DNA of 64,000 nucleotides, taken from positions 38,701,733 through 38,765,732 of the forward strand of contig NC_057719.1 in NCBI RefSeq assembly GCF_004010195.1, read 5' to 3'. How positions within the stretch are numbered: the stretch's first letter is position 1; each line of letters begins with the position of its first letter. The notes under the pieces are model-generated. The model did not search any database. It worked only from the letters and a program-made list of their open reading frames with translations, and was not told the DNA's origin. The DNA comes from Chiloscyllium plagiosum. Taxonomy: Eukaryota. This document shows, in pieces, positions 14,101 through 25,950 of this stretch. A program made the position numbers and the translations under genes.

Positions 14101-15280
14101 ATCTTGCGGACAAGTTACAAGCAAGCTGTCCTCCTTGATAATGAACACTCCTGATTTTGAAAATCATGAATGTTCTCTTTAATTTCTCTCCCAATACATT
14201 GAAACAGCCACCAATTGCCCTTTTAGCTTCACCTAAAAGCCTCCTGTACTATAATGTTATACAGCTGGAGAAAAACAGATTTCAACACTGTAGCACGTCA
14301 GAAAGATTTGAATGGTCTGCTGTTAGCACCTAATTTAAAATTTGTTTAAGTTTTATGCCCATTAACCATAATGCTGCCAATCCAAAAATCCTCCCCAGAT
14401 TTTGCCATAGAGTTAAGGAAAGCACTTTATTTCCATCTGTATCTTCTACTTCTTCAACATTATTTGATTTAACTGGTCTCCTTTTAAAAGTATGAAGTAG
14501 AATTGGAAGTTTTCAGCTGTGATATTCCACATTAACATGCCCCCTCTGCTCTTCGGAGCTGCAGCCTGTATAAGCAGCGATGAATTTTTAACCCCCCCTA
14601 CAAAGATGTGATACAGAGCCGTGTGCCCTCTGCCATCCCATTTTGAATTGTTATCAACATTCTAGGGGCCCTTCCACCTCCATATTTAGCTGATGGCTTA
14701 TACAGATTATTAGTAAAGGAATTCAAATTTGCTGCAGATCCTTGAGTGTCAGTGCTGAAGTTTTCCTGATTATTATAGCATAATACCACCAACTAAAACC
14801 TGAATCAATGGCCTTAATAATGTTTTCATGTTTGGCAGTTTCTTTTGATTCCTTGCTTTGTCAGAATGGTGTCAGCATTGCTGCCGATTGCATTTAACAC
14901 ACACTAGCCTAATCCTCATCGAGCTTCTGATTGAGCCCACAGGCAGACTGGTACCTGTCGATGTACTAGGTTGGGCTTATTACATTGCCTCAGTGCTTGG
15001 GAAGAGGTAAGGCTTTTCCCAGCATTCTGTACTGCTCCTGTTAACTGTTGTTAGGCTTCAGTAATGGTGAGCTGCGTTCGAGTGGCCAAAAACATTCCCC
15101 TTTCCCGCCCTTTATTAACATCAACTGGGATTCCTTGTAAATGGCTCACAGCCTGCACATCACAACTTTCACCCATGGAAATATTATGAGCAGCTTCTGG
15201 GAGCCTCTGACAGATCGGGACTGGACACCACACTTGGGCAAACAGATGCACATGTAATCTGACCTCACTGATATTGCACT
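11200..15280 (-). mobile_element. Highly decayed Gypsy/Ty3-like LTR retrotransposon internal region
   Basis: Ordered minus-strand remnants: protease-like FWIGSIMVNG..FKLGA (~14330-14400), RT FMGMINQLGK (~13060-13090), RNase H QPVYHALRALTDVDKEYAA (~12770-12830), ADTLSQ (~12555), integrase-like LVLTDS (~11810). Domain order PR-RT-RH-INT. Many stops and frameshifts, later insertions, LTRs not defined. Confidence 0.65.
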
Positions 15281-15306
15281 CTAACTATTAGCATGCAGCT
15301 ATTAAT

Positions 15307-15503
15307 GTGTTGCTGGAAAAGCGCAGCAGGTCAGGCAGCATCCAAGGAACAGGAGAATCAATGTTTCGGGCATAAGCCCTTCTTCAGGGCTTATGCCCGA
15401 AACATCGATTCTCCTGTTCCTTGGATGCTGCCTGACCTGCTGCGCTTTTCCAGCAACACATTTTCAGCTCTGATCTCCAGCATCTGCAGCCCTCACTTTC
15501 TCT
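15307..15503. mobile_element. Fold-back PLE family A mini-insertion with 15-bp TSD
   Basis: Inverted arms centred at about 15385; direct repeat catgca(g/a)ctattaat at 15292-15306 and 15504-15518. Confidence 0.85.
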
Positions 15504-15650
15504 CATGCAACTATTAATCCCATACACTACCTAAATATTTATATTTTAACAGTGCAGTTGACATGGAGTAACAATATGATGGTAGGGAGTGAGATGTTAA
15601 CTGATTTAAATCTCACTGACTTCCACAGTCAGGCCCTTATGAACATTTAG

Positions 15651-15905
15651 GTGGTAAAAACAATGACTGCAGATGCTGGAAACCAGATTCTGGATCAGTG
15701 GTGCTGGAAGAGCACAGCAATTCAGGCAGCATCCGAGGACAGGCAAAATCCGAGGACAGGCAAAATCGACTTTTCGGGCAAAAGCCCTTCATCAGGAATA
15801 ATGAAGGGCTTTTGCCCGAAACGTCGATTTTGCCTGTCCTCGGATTTTGCCTGTCCTCAGATGCTGCCTGAATTGCTGTGCTCTTCCAGCACCACTGATC
15901 CAGAA
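15651..15905. mobile_element. Fold-back PLE family A mini-insertion with exact 16-bp TSD
   Basis: Inverted arms 15688-15792 and 15801-15905; ccttatgaacatttag at 15635-15650 and 15906-15921. Confidence 0.9.
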
Positions 15906-16847
15906 CCTTATGAACATTTAGTCTGTGCATTTCCAGCATGAACTGCTGAAAGAACTTGAGAAGCTGTAACACAGCTTTGACCAATGGTTTATGCGAATAC
16001 CTCTTTATATAATAGCTCACCTGGCTGTCTCTTCTGCTTATTCTGAGTATAACTCAAGGATCAAGATTTGCTCAGAATTACTGATACACTGTCCAATGGG
16101 ATTCTTCACTGATGAATTGTCATTTCTGTTTTGCTGTAATCTCTATTGGATATGAAGGTACTCTACTGGTATTATTTGTAGAATAAGCTGTAAAATTTAT
16201 CTTCAAAGCACGGTATGAAAATATGATTTAACAAATTGTAAAAGAATTATGACTGCATTTGCTCTGTAACATAAACAACTCTTCAAGCTTATGTGGAGAT
16301 GTAGCAGTCAACAGCACCACCTGCTGATATAATAGAGGACCATGCAGGACCTTGACCTTATTAACATTGAAAATTTGATGGGAGTGCCACCAATTGAATT
16401 AGGTTTATTGTCACATTTACTCACAGGAGTACAGTGAAAAGTTTACAATCGCCACTTAAGGCGATTTGGTAGAAAGGTAGACACCTTTGGTAGAAAGGCG
16501 TCTAGGTACAGAATCTTAGCCACAAAGCAGAAAATACGGAAATCAAAGTTAAAAAGTTAAACATTGCAGTCCTTCTTATTAAAAAGTAGAAAAACTAAAG
16601 AAACACAGTTAACAGTTCAACACCACAAGCCATAAGTGCCTGGTCATGCTGGGCTTGCACTCCTCACAGGGACTTGATCTCTTCAGCTCAATGCCTTGAC
16701 ATCACTGCTGGCCCAGGCCGCTTGCTCTTACAGCCTGCTCCCCATGCCATTGGTTGTGCAGGCTGCCTCGTCCAATGGTATTACAGGGAATTAGTACAGA
16801 GAGATGTATTCTGTTTATCATTTCAGTTGGTAACCAAGGTAACTAGG

Positions 16848-16967
16848 GATGGGCAATAAATGCTAGCCAGCCAGCCAGCAATGCCAACTATACATGAGTG
16901 AATTTTTAAAAAAGGTTTGTCACTAAAATTTTGATTTTGCCTCCAAATACTGATTATTTTGCTTCAG
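16848..16967 (+). repeat. ~120-bp segment with a diverged direct copy at 17711-17750 + 18497-18568 (split by a CR1)
   Basis: gatgggcaataaa...tacat|gtgaatt..aaa.gtttgtcactaaaattttg.ttttgc.tccaaat.ctgatt...gc.tcag is present in both copies. Confidence 0.8.
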
Positions 16968-17747
16968 GAACAAAATAAACAAAAATATACAGATCAAATT
17001 GATAAGGAAAATTGCATAAATGACATGCGCTAGTAACATTTCAAAATGTAGAGTTTTATTGAAGAACAGGGAAGTTGTTCTTGATACTTTGAGTGCTAAA
17101 GAACCAATGTGACCAGGGTTAAGCATGTGTTAGCACAAGGCACTATCAAGTGAAAGGAGAGGAAGCTTTTATGAGAACAGCCTTCAACAGGATTGTTAAG
17201 CAACTAGTTGCCACTTAAATTAACTGCTAGAATTCATTAAAGAGGCTGCTCGATATTTTGTTGGCCACAATATTTTTAATCAACCTACTCAGATGTGTTG
17301 TCAGCACCTCTGGAGCTTATAGGAATTGATTGCACGCCTTTGTGACCCATAAGTTGGAAGGCTACCATTGAGCTGCAACAGCTCTTATTTTGGTGGCTTG
17401 TGATCGAGCAAACATCCTTTACTTAAAGCAGCTTGCTGATTGGGATAAACTATTTGTTGCTGAGTATTTTGAGTGATATTTCAAGATAAATTACCTTTTA
17501 CAGTTCACTTGTTGCCAGAGGTTTGTGAAAGACACTATTTAAATACATGAGAAAACATCCTGAGAGACTTTGAGAAAACCAAATTAGTATCATCATTTGG
17601 AAATTCAGTGATGCCTTCACTTAAAATTATTGTGTGCGGTGCCATTCTACTTGACTAGACACTTGGTAGATGTTATTAACAGAAAGGGTGTGCTAGTGCA
17701 TTGACATCTTGATGGGCAATAAACACCAGCCCACCCAGCAACACGTA

Positions 17748-18496
17748 CATAGAGTCATAGAGATGTACAGCATGGAAACAGACCCTTTGATCCAACTCAT
17801 CCATGCTGAACAGATATCCCAAACCAATCTAGTCCCATCTACCAGCACCTGGCCCACATCCCTCCAAACCCTTCCTATTCATATACCCATCCAGATGCCT
17901 TTTAAATGTTGCAATCGTACTAGCCTCCACACTTCCTTTGGTAGCTCATTCCATACATGTACCACCCTCTGTGTGAAAACGTTGCCCTGTAGGTCTCTTT
18001 TAAATCTTTCCCCTCTCCCCCTAAACCTATGCCCTCTAGTTTTGGACTCACCCACCCCAGGGAAGAGACTTTGCCTACTTATCCTATCATACCCCTCACG
18101 ATTTTATAAATCTCTATCAGGTCACCCATCAGTCTCCGATGCTGCAGGGGAAACAGCCCCAGCCTGTTCAGCCTCTCCCTATAGCTCAAACCCTCCAATC
18201 CTGACAAATTTCCTTGTACATCTTTTCTGAACCCTTGTAAGTTTCCAATAGGAAGGAGATCAGAATTGCGTGCAATATTCCAAAAGTGGCCTAACCAATG
18301 TTGTGTGCAGTTGCAACATGATCTCCCAACTCCTGTACTCAATACTCTGGCCAGGAAAGGAAAGCATACCAAACACCGTCTTCACTAACCTATCAATCTG
18401 CGGCTCCACTTTCAAGGAGCTATGAACCTGCACTCCAAGGTTTCTTTGTTCAGCAACACTCCCTTGGACCTCACCATTAAGTGTATAAGTCCTGCA
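17748..18496 (-). mobile_element. 5'-truncated HER1/CR1-type LINE
   Basis: YTLNGEVQGSVAEQRNLGVQVHSSLKVE, LVRPLLEYC, GDLIEIYKI; (ctatgact)n tail. Confidence 0.92.
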
Positions 18497-18949
18497 GTGA
18501 ATTAAAAAAAGTTTGTCACTAAAATTTTGGTTTTGCTTCCAAATGCTGATTCTTTTTTTTTGCATCAGCTTCTGTTTACAGGGCGAGTGGCAGGAGAAGA
18601 TGATAGCAGGCAGAGCAACATCAGCTGCTGTGGGAGACAGGCATCCTGCAGGTACATGACACCTCTAATCCTCATCAAGGACCTCCAGTGTCTTGAATAA
18701 GAATCTATGTATCCTCTCCCTCAGTCCCTGAACTACTTTAAAATATGCTGCTGTGTATCAGCCAGCAAACTTCACACTTTCAGTGGACTTGTGGGTGTGT
18801 ACTGCTCTACAAACAAAAATCTAATCAATGCTTCAGAGCAAAATATGCAAATAGTTGCTTAGAACCTCAAGGCAAGCTTGAGGGCTCTGATGGACATTAG
18901 CACTAGAATTACATGCTAAAACTAGATTTTCATACAGATGTGTCTTGCC

Positions 18950-19137
18950 ATGATGAAGAGGTGCTGGTGTTAGACAAGGGTAAACAAAGTCAGAAACCAG
19001 GTTATAGTCCAACAGGTTTATTTGAAATCACAAGCTTTCAGAGTGATACTCCTTCAGTGTCACTTCACCTGGCGAGGGAGCAAAACTTCAAAGGCTTGTG
19101 ATTTCAATTAACCAGGCATTGTGTGACTTCTGACTTA
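18950..19137. mobile_element. Old fold-back PLE (related to family C at 58871-59073)
   Basis: ccaggttatagtccaacaggtttatttg is shared with 58889-58916; degenerate inverted arms. Confidence 0.6.
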
Positions 19138-19882
19138 CTAATATAGCATCCATTTGATGGCTATTCTCAGGATTTTGTTCAGAGAACTAAGCTACTGGCT
19201 ACTATTGAACACTGAAAATATATGTGAATCATATATTTGCAAAATGCCAGGTAATGCAAATAAATAAATTATGTCATCCTTCTCTCAAAGCTATCATCAT
19301 GGTTCACATCATTTTTGAAGCAAGTTTGCACGTGGTAATTCTGGTATCATTTGTCAAATACAAATGCTGACATCTATTCATGATTACCGAAACAACACAA
19401 TTTTGTCAGTTTCTTATGTTTCATGTGTATATTTGATACCTTCCCATTAATAACACCATTCTGAAGCCATTGCAATTGTTCATTGTGTGTTTGCTTGTTT
19501 CTGGGATGTGAACATTGCAGATAAGACGAAGATTAATGAAGGCCCACCCCTAACTGCTGAGTCATGTCCTTGACACATCACAGTCCATGCATGATGTGTC
19601 GTTATAATTTTGACCCAACAAGTATGAAACTATGGAAATAATTCTGAGTCAGAATGATGTGTGGCTTGGCTTTGAGCTGTTGGTGTTCCCATTGTCTGCT
19701 GCCTTTGTTCTTCTAAGGGGTAGACATTGTGGATTTAGAGGGTGTTGGTAAAGGGGCCTTGGTGAGTTGTTGCAGCGCATCTTGTAGGTCCAGCTGCTAC
19801 TGTGTGCTAATGGAGAGGGAGTCTTTTTAAGTGAGTATGGGCTCATCAAGTGCACTATTTTGTCCTGGATAGTTTGTTTCTT

Positions 19883-20846
19883 ACTTTTTGTCATTTACAT
19901 AAATGATTTGGATGCGAGCATCAGAGGTACAGTTAGTAAGTTTACAGATGAGGTGTAGTGGACAGCAAAAAGGGTTACCTCAGAGTACAACAGGATCTGG
20001 ACCAGATGGGCCAATGGGCTGACAAGTGGCAGATGGAGTTTAATTCAGATAAATGTGAGGTGCTGCATTTTGGGAAAGCAAATCTTAGCAGGACTTATAC
20101 ATTTAATGGTAAGGTCCTAGGGAGAATTGCTGAACAAAGAGACCCTGGAGTGCAGGTTCATAGCTCCTTGAAAGTGGAGTCGCAGGTAGATAGGATAGTG
20201 AAGAAGATCTTTGGTATGCTTTCCTTTATTGGTCAGAGTATTGAGTACAGGAGTTGGGAGGTCATGTTGCAGCTGTACAGGACATTGGTTAGGCCACTGT
20301 TGGAATATTGCATGCAATTCTGGTCTCCTTCCAATCGGAAAGATGTTGTGAAACTTGAAAGGGTTCAGAAAAGATTTGCAAGGATGTTGCCAGGGTTGGA
20401 GGATTTGAGCTATAGGGAAAGGCTGAAGAGGCTGTTTTCCCTGGAGCGTCGGAGGCTGAGGGGTGACCTTATAGAGGTTTACAAAATTATGAGGGGCATG
20501 GATAGGATGAATAGACAAAGTATTTTCCCTGAGGTGGGGGAGTCCAGAACTAGAGGGCATAGGTTTAGGGTGAGAGGAGAAAGATGTAAAAGAGACCTAC
20601 AGGGCAACTTTTTCACGCAGAGAGTGGTACATGTATGGAATGAGCTGCCAGAGGCTGTGGTGGAGGCTGGTACAATTGCAACATTTAAGAGGCATTTGGA
20701 TGGGTATATGAATAGGAAGGGTTTGGAGGGATATGGGCTGGGTGCTGGCAAGTGGGACGAGATTGGGTTGGGATATCTGGTCGGCATGGAAGGGTTGGAC
20801 CGAAGGGTCTGTTTCCATGCTGTACATCTCTATGACTCTATGACTG
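19883..20846 (+). mobile_element. 5'-truncated HER1/CR1-type LINE (ORF2 C-terminus still open, ORF 19958-20884)
   Basis: LDQMGQWADKWQMEFNSDKCEVLHFG, LYRTLVRPLLEYC, RRRLRGDLIEVYKI, FFTQRVVHVWNELP; ctatgact tail. Confidence 0.95.
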
Positions 20847-20899
20847 TATACTCCTATTTTCATTTGAACTCTCAATTAAACTAAAAAATATAAGCCATA

Positions 20900-23800
20900 A
20901 GTACTAACCTAGTCTGGAGCAATGTTTTGTAGATGAATAAGACAGTGCTATTTTCTGGGTCTGTAGATTGGAAGAAGCAAAAATGGCCTTTAGTAAATTG
21001 AGATGCTCTTCTTGTCAGATGTGGAGGTTTAGGGAGAGTTTACAGGTTACTGTGGATTATATCTGCAATAAATACTGTTGGTTACAAATCTTATCAGATC
21101 GAATGGATCGGTTGGAGAGACAGTTAGAGGGAATGAGGAATTTACAAGAGCAAGGGGATGTGATCGATGGCAGTTATAGGAAGGGAGAAAAGTTGCAGAT
21201 ACTGTCTTAGAGTGGGTTCACTCCAGGAAAGGTAGGAGAAGTAGGCAGGTGGTGCAGGAGTCTTCGGTGGCTATCCCCATTTCAAACAGGTATGCTGTTT
21301 TGGAAAATGTAGGGGGTGATGGATTCTCAGGGGAGTGTAGCATGAACAGCCAAGTTTCTGGTATTGAGATCGGCTCTAATGCAATGAGAGGTATGTCAGG
21401 TTCCAAGTGATCGATTGTGTTAGGAGACTCTCTAGTCCGAGGCACAGGCAGACATTTCTGTGGCCAGCTTCCCTGGTGCCAGGATCAAGGATGTCTCAGA
21501 GAGGGTGCAGTATGTTCTCAGGGTGAAGAGGGACCAGCAGCAGGTCATTGTACATTGGAACCAATGGCATTGGAAGGGAAAAGGATGAGATTCTGAAGGG
21601 AGAATATAGAGAGTTAGGCAGGAATTTAAAAAGGAGATCCTCAAGTGTAATAGTACCTGGATTACTCCCGGAGCTGTGAGCTAGTGAGGGTAGGAATGGG
21701 AGGATAGAGCAGATGAATGCACGACTGAGGAGCTGGTGTATGCGAGAGGGATTCACATTTTTGGATCGTTAGAATCTCTTCTGGGGTAGAAGTGACCTGT
21801 ACAAGAAGGATGGATTGCACCTAAATTGAAAGGGGACTAATATACTGGCTGGGAAATTTGCTAGGGAGGATTTAAACTAGTAAGGTGGGGGGTGGGACAT
21901 AGGGAGATAGTGAGAAAAGAGATCAATCTGAGACTGGTACAGTTGAGAAAAGAAGTGAGTCAAACAGTCAGGGCAGGCAGGGACAAAGCAGAGAACAAGG
22001 TAGAACTGATAAATTGAACTGCATTTATTTCAATGCAAGAGGCCTAACAGGGAAGACAGATGAACTCAGGGCATGGTTAGGAACATGGGACTGGGATATC
22101 ATAGCAATTACAGAAACATGGCTCAGGGATGGACAGGACTGACCACTTAATGTTCCAGGATACAAATGCTACAGGAAGGGCAGAAAGGGAGGCAAGAGAG
22201 GAGGGGGAGTGGTGTTTTTGATAAGGGATAGCATTACAGCTGTGCTGAGGGAGGATATTCCCGGAAATACATCCAGGAAAGTTATTTGGGTGGAACTGAG
22301 AAGTAAGAAAGGGATGATCACCTCATTGGCATTGTATTAGAAACCCCCTAATAGTCAGAAGGAAACTGAGAAACAAATTTTGTCAGGAGATCTCAGTTAT
22401 CTGTAAGACTAATAGCGTGGTTATGGTATGTGATCTTAACTTTTCAAACATTGACTGGGACTGCCATAGTGTTAAGGGTTTAGGTGGAGAGGAATTTGTT
22501 AAATGTGTACAAGGAAATTTCCTGATTCAGTGTGTGGATGTACCTACTACAGAAGGTGCAAAACTTGACCTACTCTTTGGAAATAAGCAGGGCAGGTGAC
22601 TGAGGTGTCAGTGGGGGAGCACTTTGGGGCCAACAATTATAATTATATTTGTTTTAAAATAGTGATGGAAAAAGGTAGACCAGATCTAAAAGTTGAAGTT
22701 CTAAATTGGAGAAAGGCCAATTTTGATGGTATTAGGCAAGAACCTTCGAAAGCTGATTGGAAGCAGATGTTCACAGGCAAAGGGATGGCTGGAAAATGGG
22801 AAGCCTTCAGAAATGAGATAACGAGAATCCAGAGAAAGTATATTCTTGTTAGGGTGAAAGGAAAGGCCGGTAGGTATAGGGAATGCTGGATGACTAGAGA
22901 AATTGAGGGTTTGGTTAAGGAAAAGAAGGAAGCATATTGTCCGATATAGACAGATGAGTGAATCCTTAGAAGAGTATAAAGGCAGTAGGTGTATGCTTAA
23001 GAGGGAAATCAGGAGGGCAAAACGGGAACATGAGATAGCTTTGGGAAATAGAGGTAAGGAGAATCCAAAGGGTCTTTACACATACATTAAGAACAAAAGG
23101 GTAACTAGGGAGAAAATAGCGCCCCTCAAAGATCAGCAAGGCAACCTTTGTGTGGAGCAACTGGAGATGGGGGAGATACTAAATGAGTATTTTGCATCAG
23201 TGTTCACTGTGAAAAATGTCATGGAAGATATAGAATGTAAGGAATAGATGGTGATATCTTGAAAAATGTCCATATTACAGAGGAGGAAGTGCTGGATGTC
23301 TTGAATCACATAGAAGTGCATAAATCCCCGGGACCTGATCAGGTGTACCCTAGAAGTCTGTAGGAAACTAGAGAAGTAATTGCTGGGCCCCTTGCTGATA
23401 TATTTGTATCATCGATAGGCAAAGGTGAGGTGCCAGAAGACTGGAGGTTGGCTAAAGTGGTGCCACTGTTTAGGAAGGATGGTAAGGACATGCCAGGGAA
23501 CTATAGATCAGTGAGCCTGACATCAGTGATGGGCAAGTCGTTGGAGGGAATCCTGAGGGACAGCATGTACATGTATTTGGAAAGACAAGGACTGATTAGG
23601 GATAGTCAATATGGCTTTGTGTGTGGGAAATCATGTCTCACAAACCTGATTGAAGTTTTTGAACAAACAGGTTTGATGAGGGCAGAGTGGTAGATGTGAT
23701 CTATATGGACTTCAGTAAGGTGTTTGACAAGGTTCCCCATGGGAGACTGGTTAGCAAGGTTAGATCTCATGGAATACAGGGAGAACTAGCTATTTGGATA

Positions 23801-24812
23801 CAGAACTGGCTCAAAGGTAGAAGACAGAGGGTGGTCGTGGAGGGTTGTTTTTCAGACTGGAGGCCTGTGACCAGTGGAGTGTCACAAGGATTGGTGCTGT
23901 GTCCACTACCTTTTGTCATTTATATAAATAATTTGGATGTGAGCATAAGAGGTATAGTTAGTAAGTTTGCAGATGACACCAAAATTGGAGGTGTGGTGGA
24001 CAGCGAAGAGGGTTACCTCAGATTACAACGGGATCTTGATCAGATGGGCCAATGGGCTTAGCAGATGGAGTTTAGTTTAGGTAAATATGAGGTGCTGCAG
24101 TTTGGGAAAGCAAATCTTAGCAGGACGTATACACTTAATGGTAAGGTCCTAGGGAGTTTTGCTGAACAAAGAGACCTTGGAGTGCACGTTCATAGTTCGT
24201 TGAAAGTGGAGTCGCAGGTAGATTGGATAGTGAAGAAAGTGTTTGTTATGCTTTCCTTTATTGATGAGAGTATTGAGTACAGGAGTTGGGAGGTCATGTT
24301 GTGGCTTTGGTCAGGACATTGGTTCGGCCACTTTTGGAATATTGTGTGCAATTCTGATCTCCTTCCTATTGGAAGGATGTTGTGAAACTTGAAAGGATTC
24401 AGAAAAGATTTACAAAGATGTTTCCAGGGTTGGAGGATTTGAGCTATAGGGAGAGGTTGAATAGCTGGGGCTGTTTTCACTGGAGCGTCGGAGGCTGAGG
24501 CGTGACATTATAGAGTTTTATAAAATCATCAGGAGTATGGATAGATTTAAAAGAGACCGAAGGGGCAACTTTTTCACACAGAGGGTGGTATGTGTGTGGA
24601 ATGAGCTGTCAGAGGAATTGGTGGAGGCTAGTACAATTGCAACATTTAAAAGACACCTTGATGGGTATATGAATAGGAAGGGTTTGGAGGGATATGGGCC
24701 AGATGCTGACAGGCGCGACTAGATTGAGGTGGGATATCTGGTCAGCATGGACGAGTTGGACTGAAGGGTCTGTTTCCATGCTGTACATCTTTATGACTCT
24801 ATGACTTTATAA
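20900..24812 (+). mobile_element. Near full-length HER1/CR1-type LINE, inactivated
   Basis: ORF1 (~20982-21880) has CSSC...C zinc-finger/zipper remnants plus SGNH esterase motifs (GDSLVRG, DGLHLN). ORF2 (~21990-24722) has APE (YFNARGL, IAITETW) and RT (DVIYMDFSKVFDKVPH, SKFADDTK). Stops and frameshifts; ctatgact tail. Confidence 0.95.
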
Positions 24813-25402
24813 CTCATCGTGTCCCCATCCATATCCTCTGAATTTGCTATTTTTTTCTTTCTTCTCTTAATCTCTCCATTAGTATAAACTGTTCCACCTA
24901 TAATCACTGCCACCTTTTTGAAAATGCTCTCTCTAGTCAACACTCTATTCCCATGCCCTGTTGACCGTTACCATTTATGTACCCTTTACTCTTTCAAATC
25001 CATTTCTTTCTCTGTCAGCCTCTGAATAAACTAAATCCCAATTCACTAGGAATAGTGATTTAAAATTCACAATTTTGGCTCATCATTCCCCAAATCTGCA
25101 GTTACAGATCTGGTCAATATATCCAACTTCACATACTGTTATTCCCATTCTGTCCCACCCTGATCATTCCTATTGACATACCTCATCTTCTTTCCCTTAA
25201 GATCAAGCAGTACAGACTTAAACTTATGTAAGATGCAATGAGTTGAGCAATTAATTCTGCTGGATCTCTCTGGACCACAACAAACAATACGTAACCCTCT
25301 TTATTCCCATCAACTCTCTTCACTCCAGACTTAATGTCTGCGCATTTATCCTTTTGCCTAAAGCTCTGTAATGCCCTCCTTTTACCACTTTGTTTCTGTT
25401 TC

Positions 25403-25950
25403 ATTTTTTTGCAAACATAATTAATAGCAAAACAAACTTATTTGACTTTACAAAAAATATAAAGTTATTGAAAATATAACAAATACCAATATAATAAAAA
25501 AACACAAATTAAAACTGAATTACTGTCTACTAACTACTAACCTATCCTATAATACAAAACAAACCCTAATGCTGTGTAAAACAACACCAATAAATAAGTG
25601 ACTGATAAAACAAAAAACAACAAAAGAACACACAAGAATACAAAATAACATTGCTCAGTGCAAAGCTCCCAAACAAAAAACAGGAGCAATTTATATATAC
25701 CCTTATTAAATCAGGAGTCCCCCCTCCAGGACCCAGGGCTCAGCAAACCTAACCATCTTGATTAAATGAATGCCTTAGTTAAGACAGCAGACAGATCTAT
25801 GTCCAAATAACTCAGAAGGGGCTGCTATGTCTTATAAAAAAGGTCTGTTGTGTGGTGCACCATATTCGTGAAAAAATCCAAGGGAATGTGCTCCATAATT
25901 AATTTCCTCCATCCCAGCAAGCCAGGTGGGTTCTCAGACACCCAATTCAT
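25403..25950 (-). mobile_element. L1-clade LINE 3' end (ORF2 C-terminus plus T-rich 3' UTR)
   Basis: Minus-strand MNWVSENPPGLLGWRKLIMEHIPLDFF...FYKT*QPLLSYL matches the W-x4-PP-x4-W...F-x-K-x-W-x-P pattern of fish-type L1 ORF2 ends; A-rich end near 25403-25410. Confidence 0.6.

Noticed and set aside
15307..15905. MITE/DNA transposon or pre-miRNA interpretation of the hairpins
   Set aside because: The arms are asymmetric, TSD lengths vary (12-17 bp), and the same architecture is physically linked to GIY-YIG coding sequence in family B, which favours a PLE origin.
18582..18651. Candidate 70-nt exon (tttacag ... CAG/gtacat)
   Set aside because: Weak donor, no recognisable peptide and no partner exons.
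19958..20884. 308-aa ORF as a host gene
   Set aside because: It is the C-terminal part of CR1 ORF2 in a 5'-truncated copy, lacking the RT catalytic core and extended by loss of the normal stop (gac gag here vs gac tag at 24717-24722).
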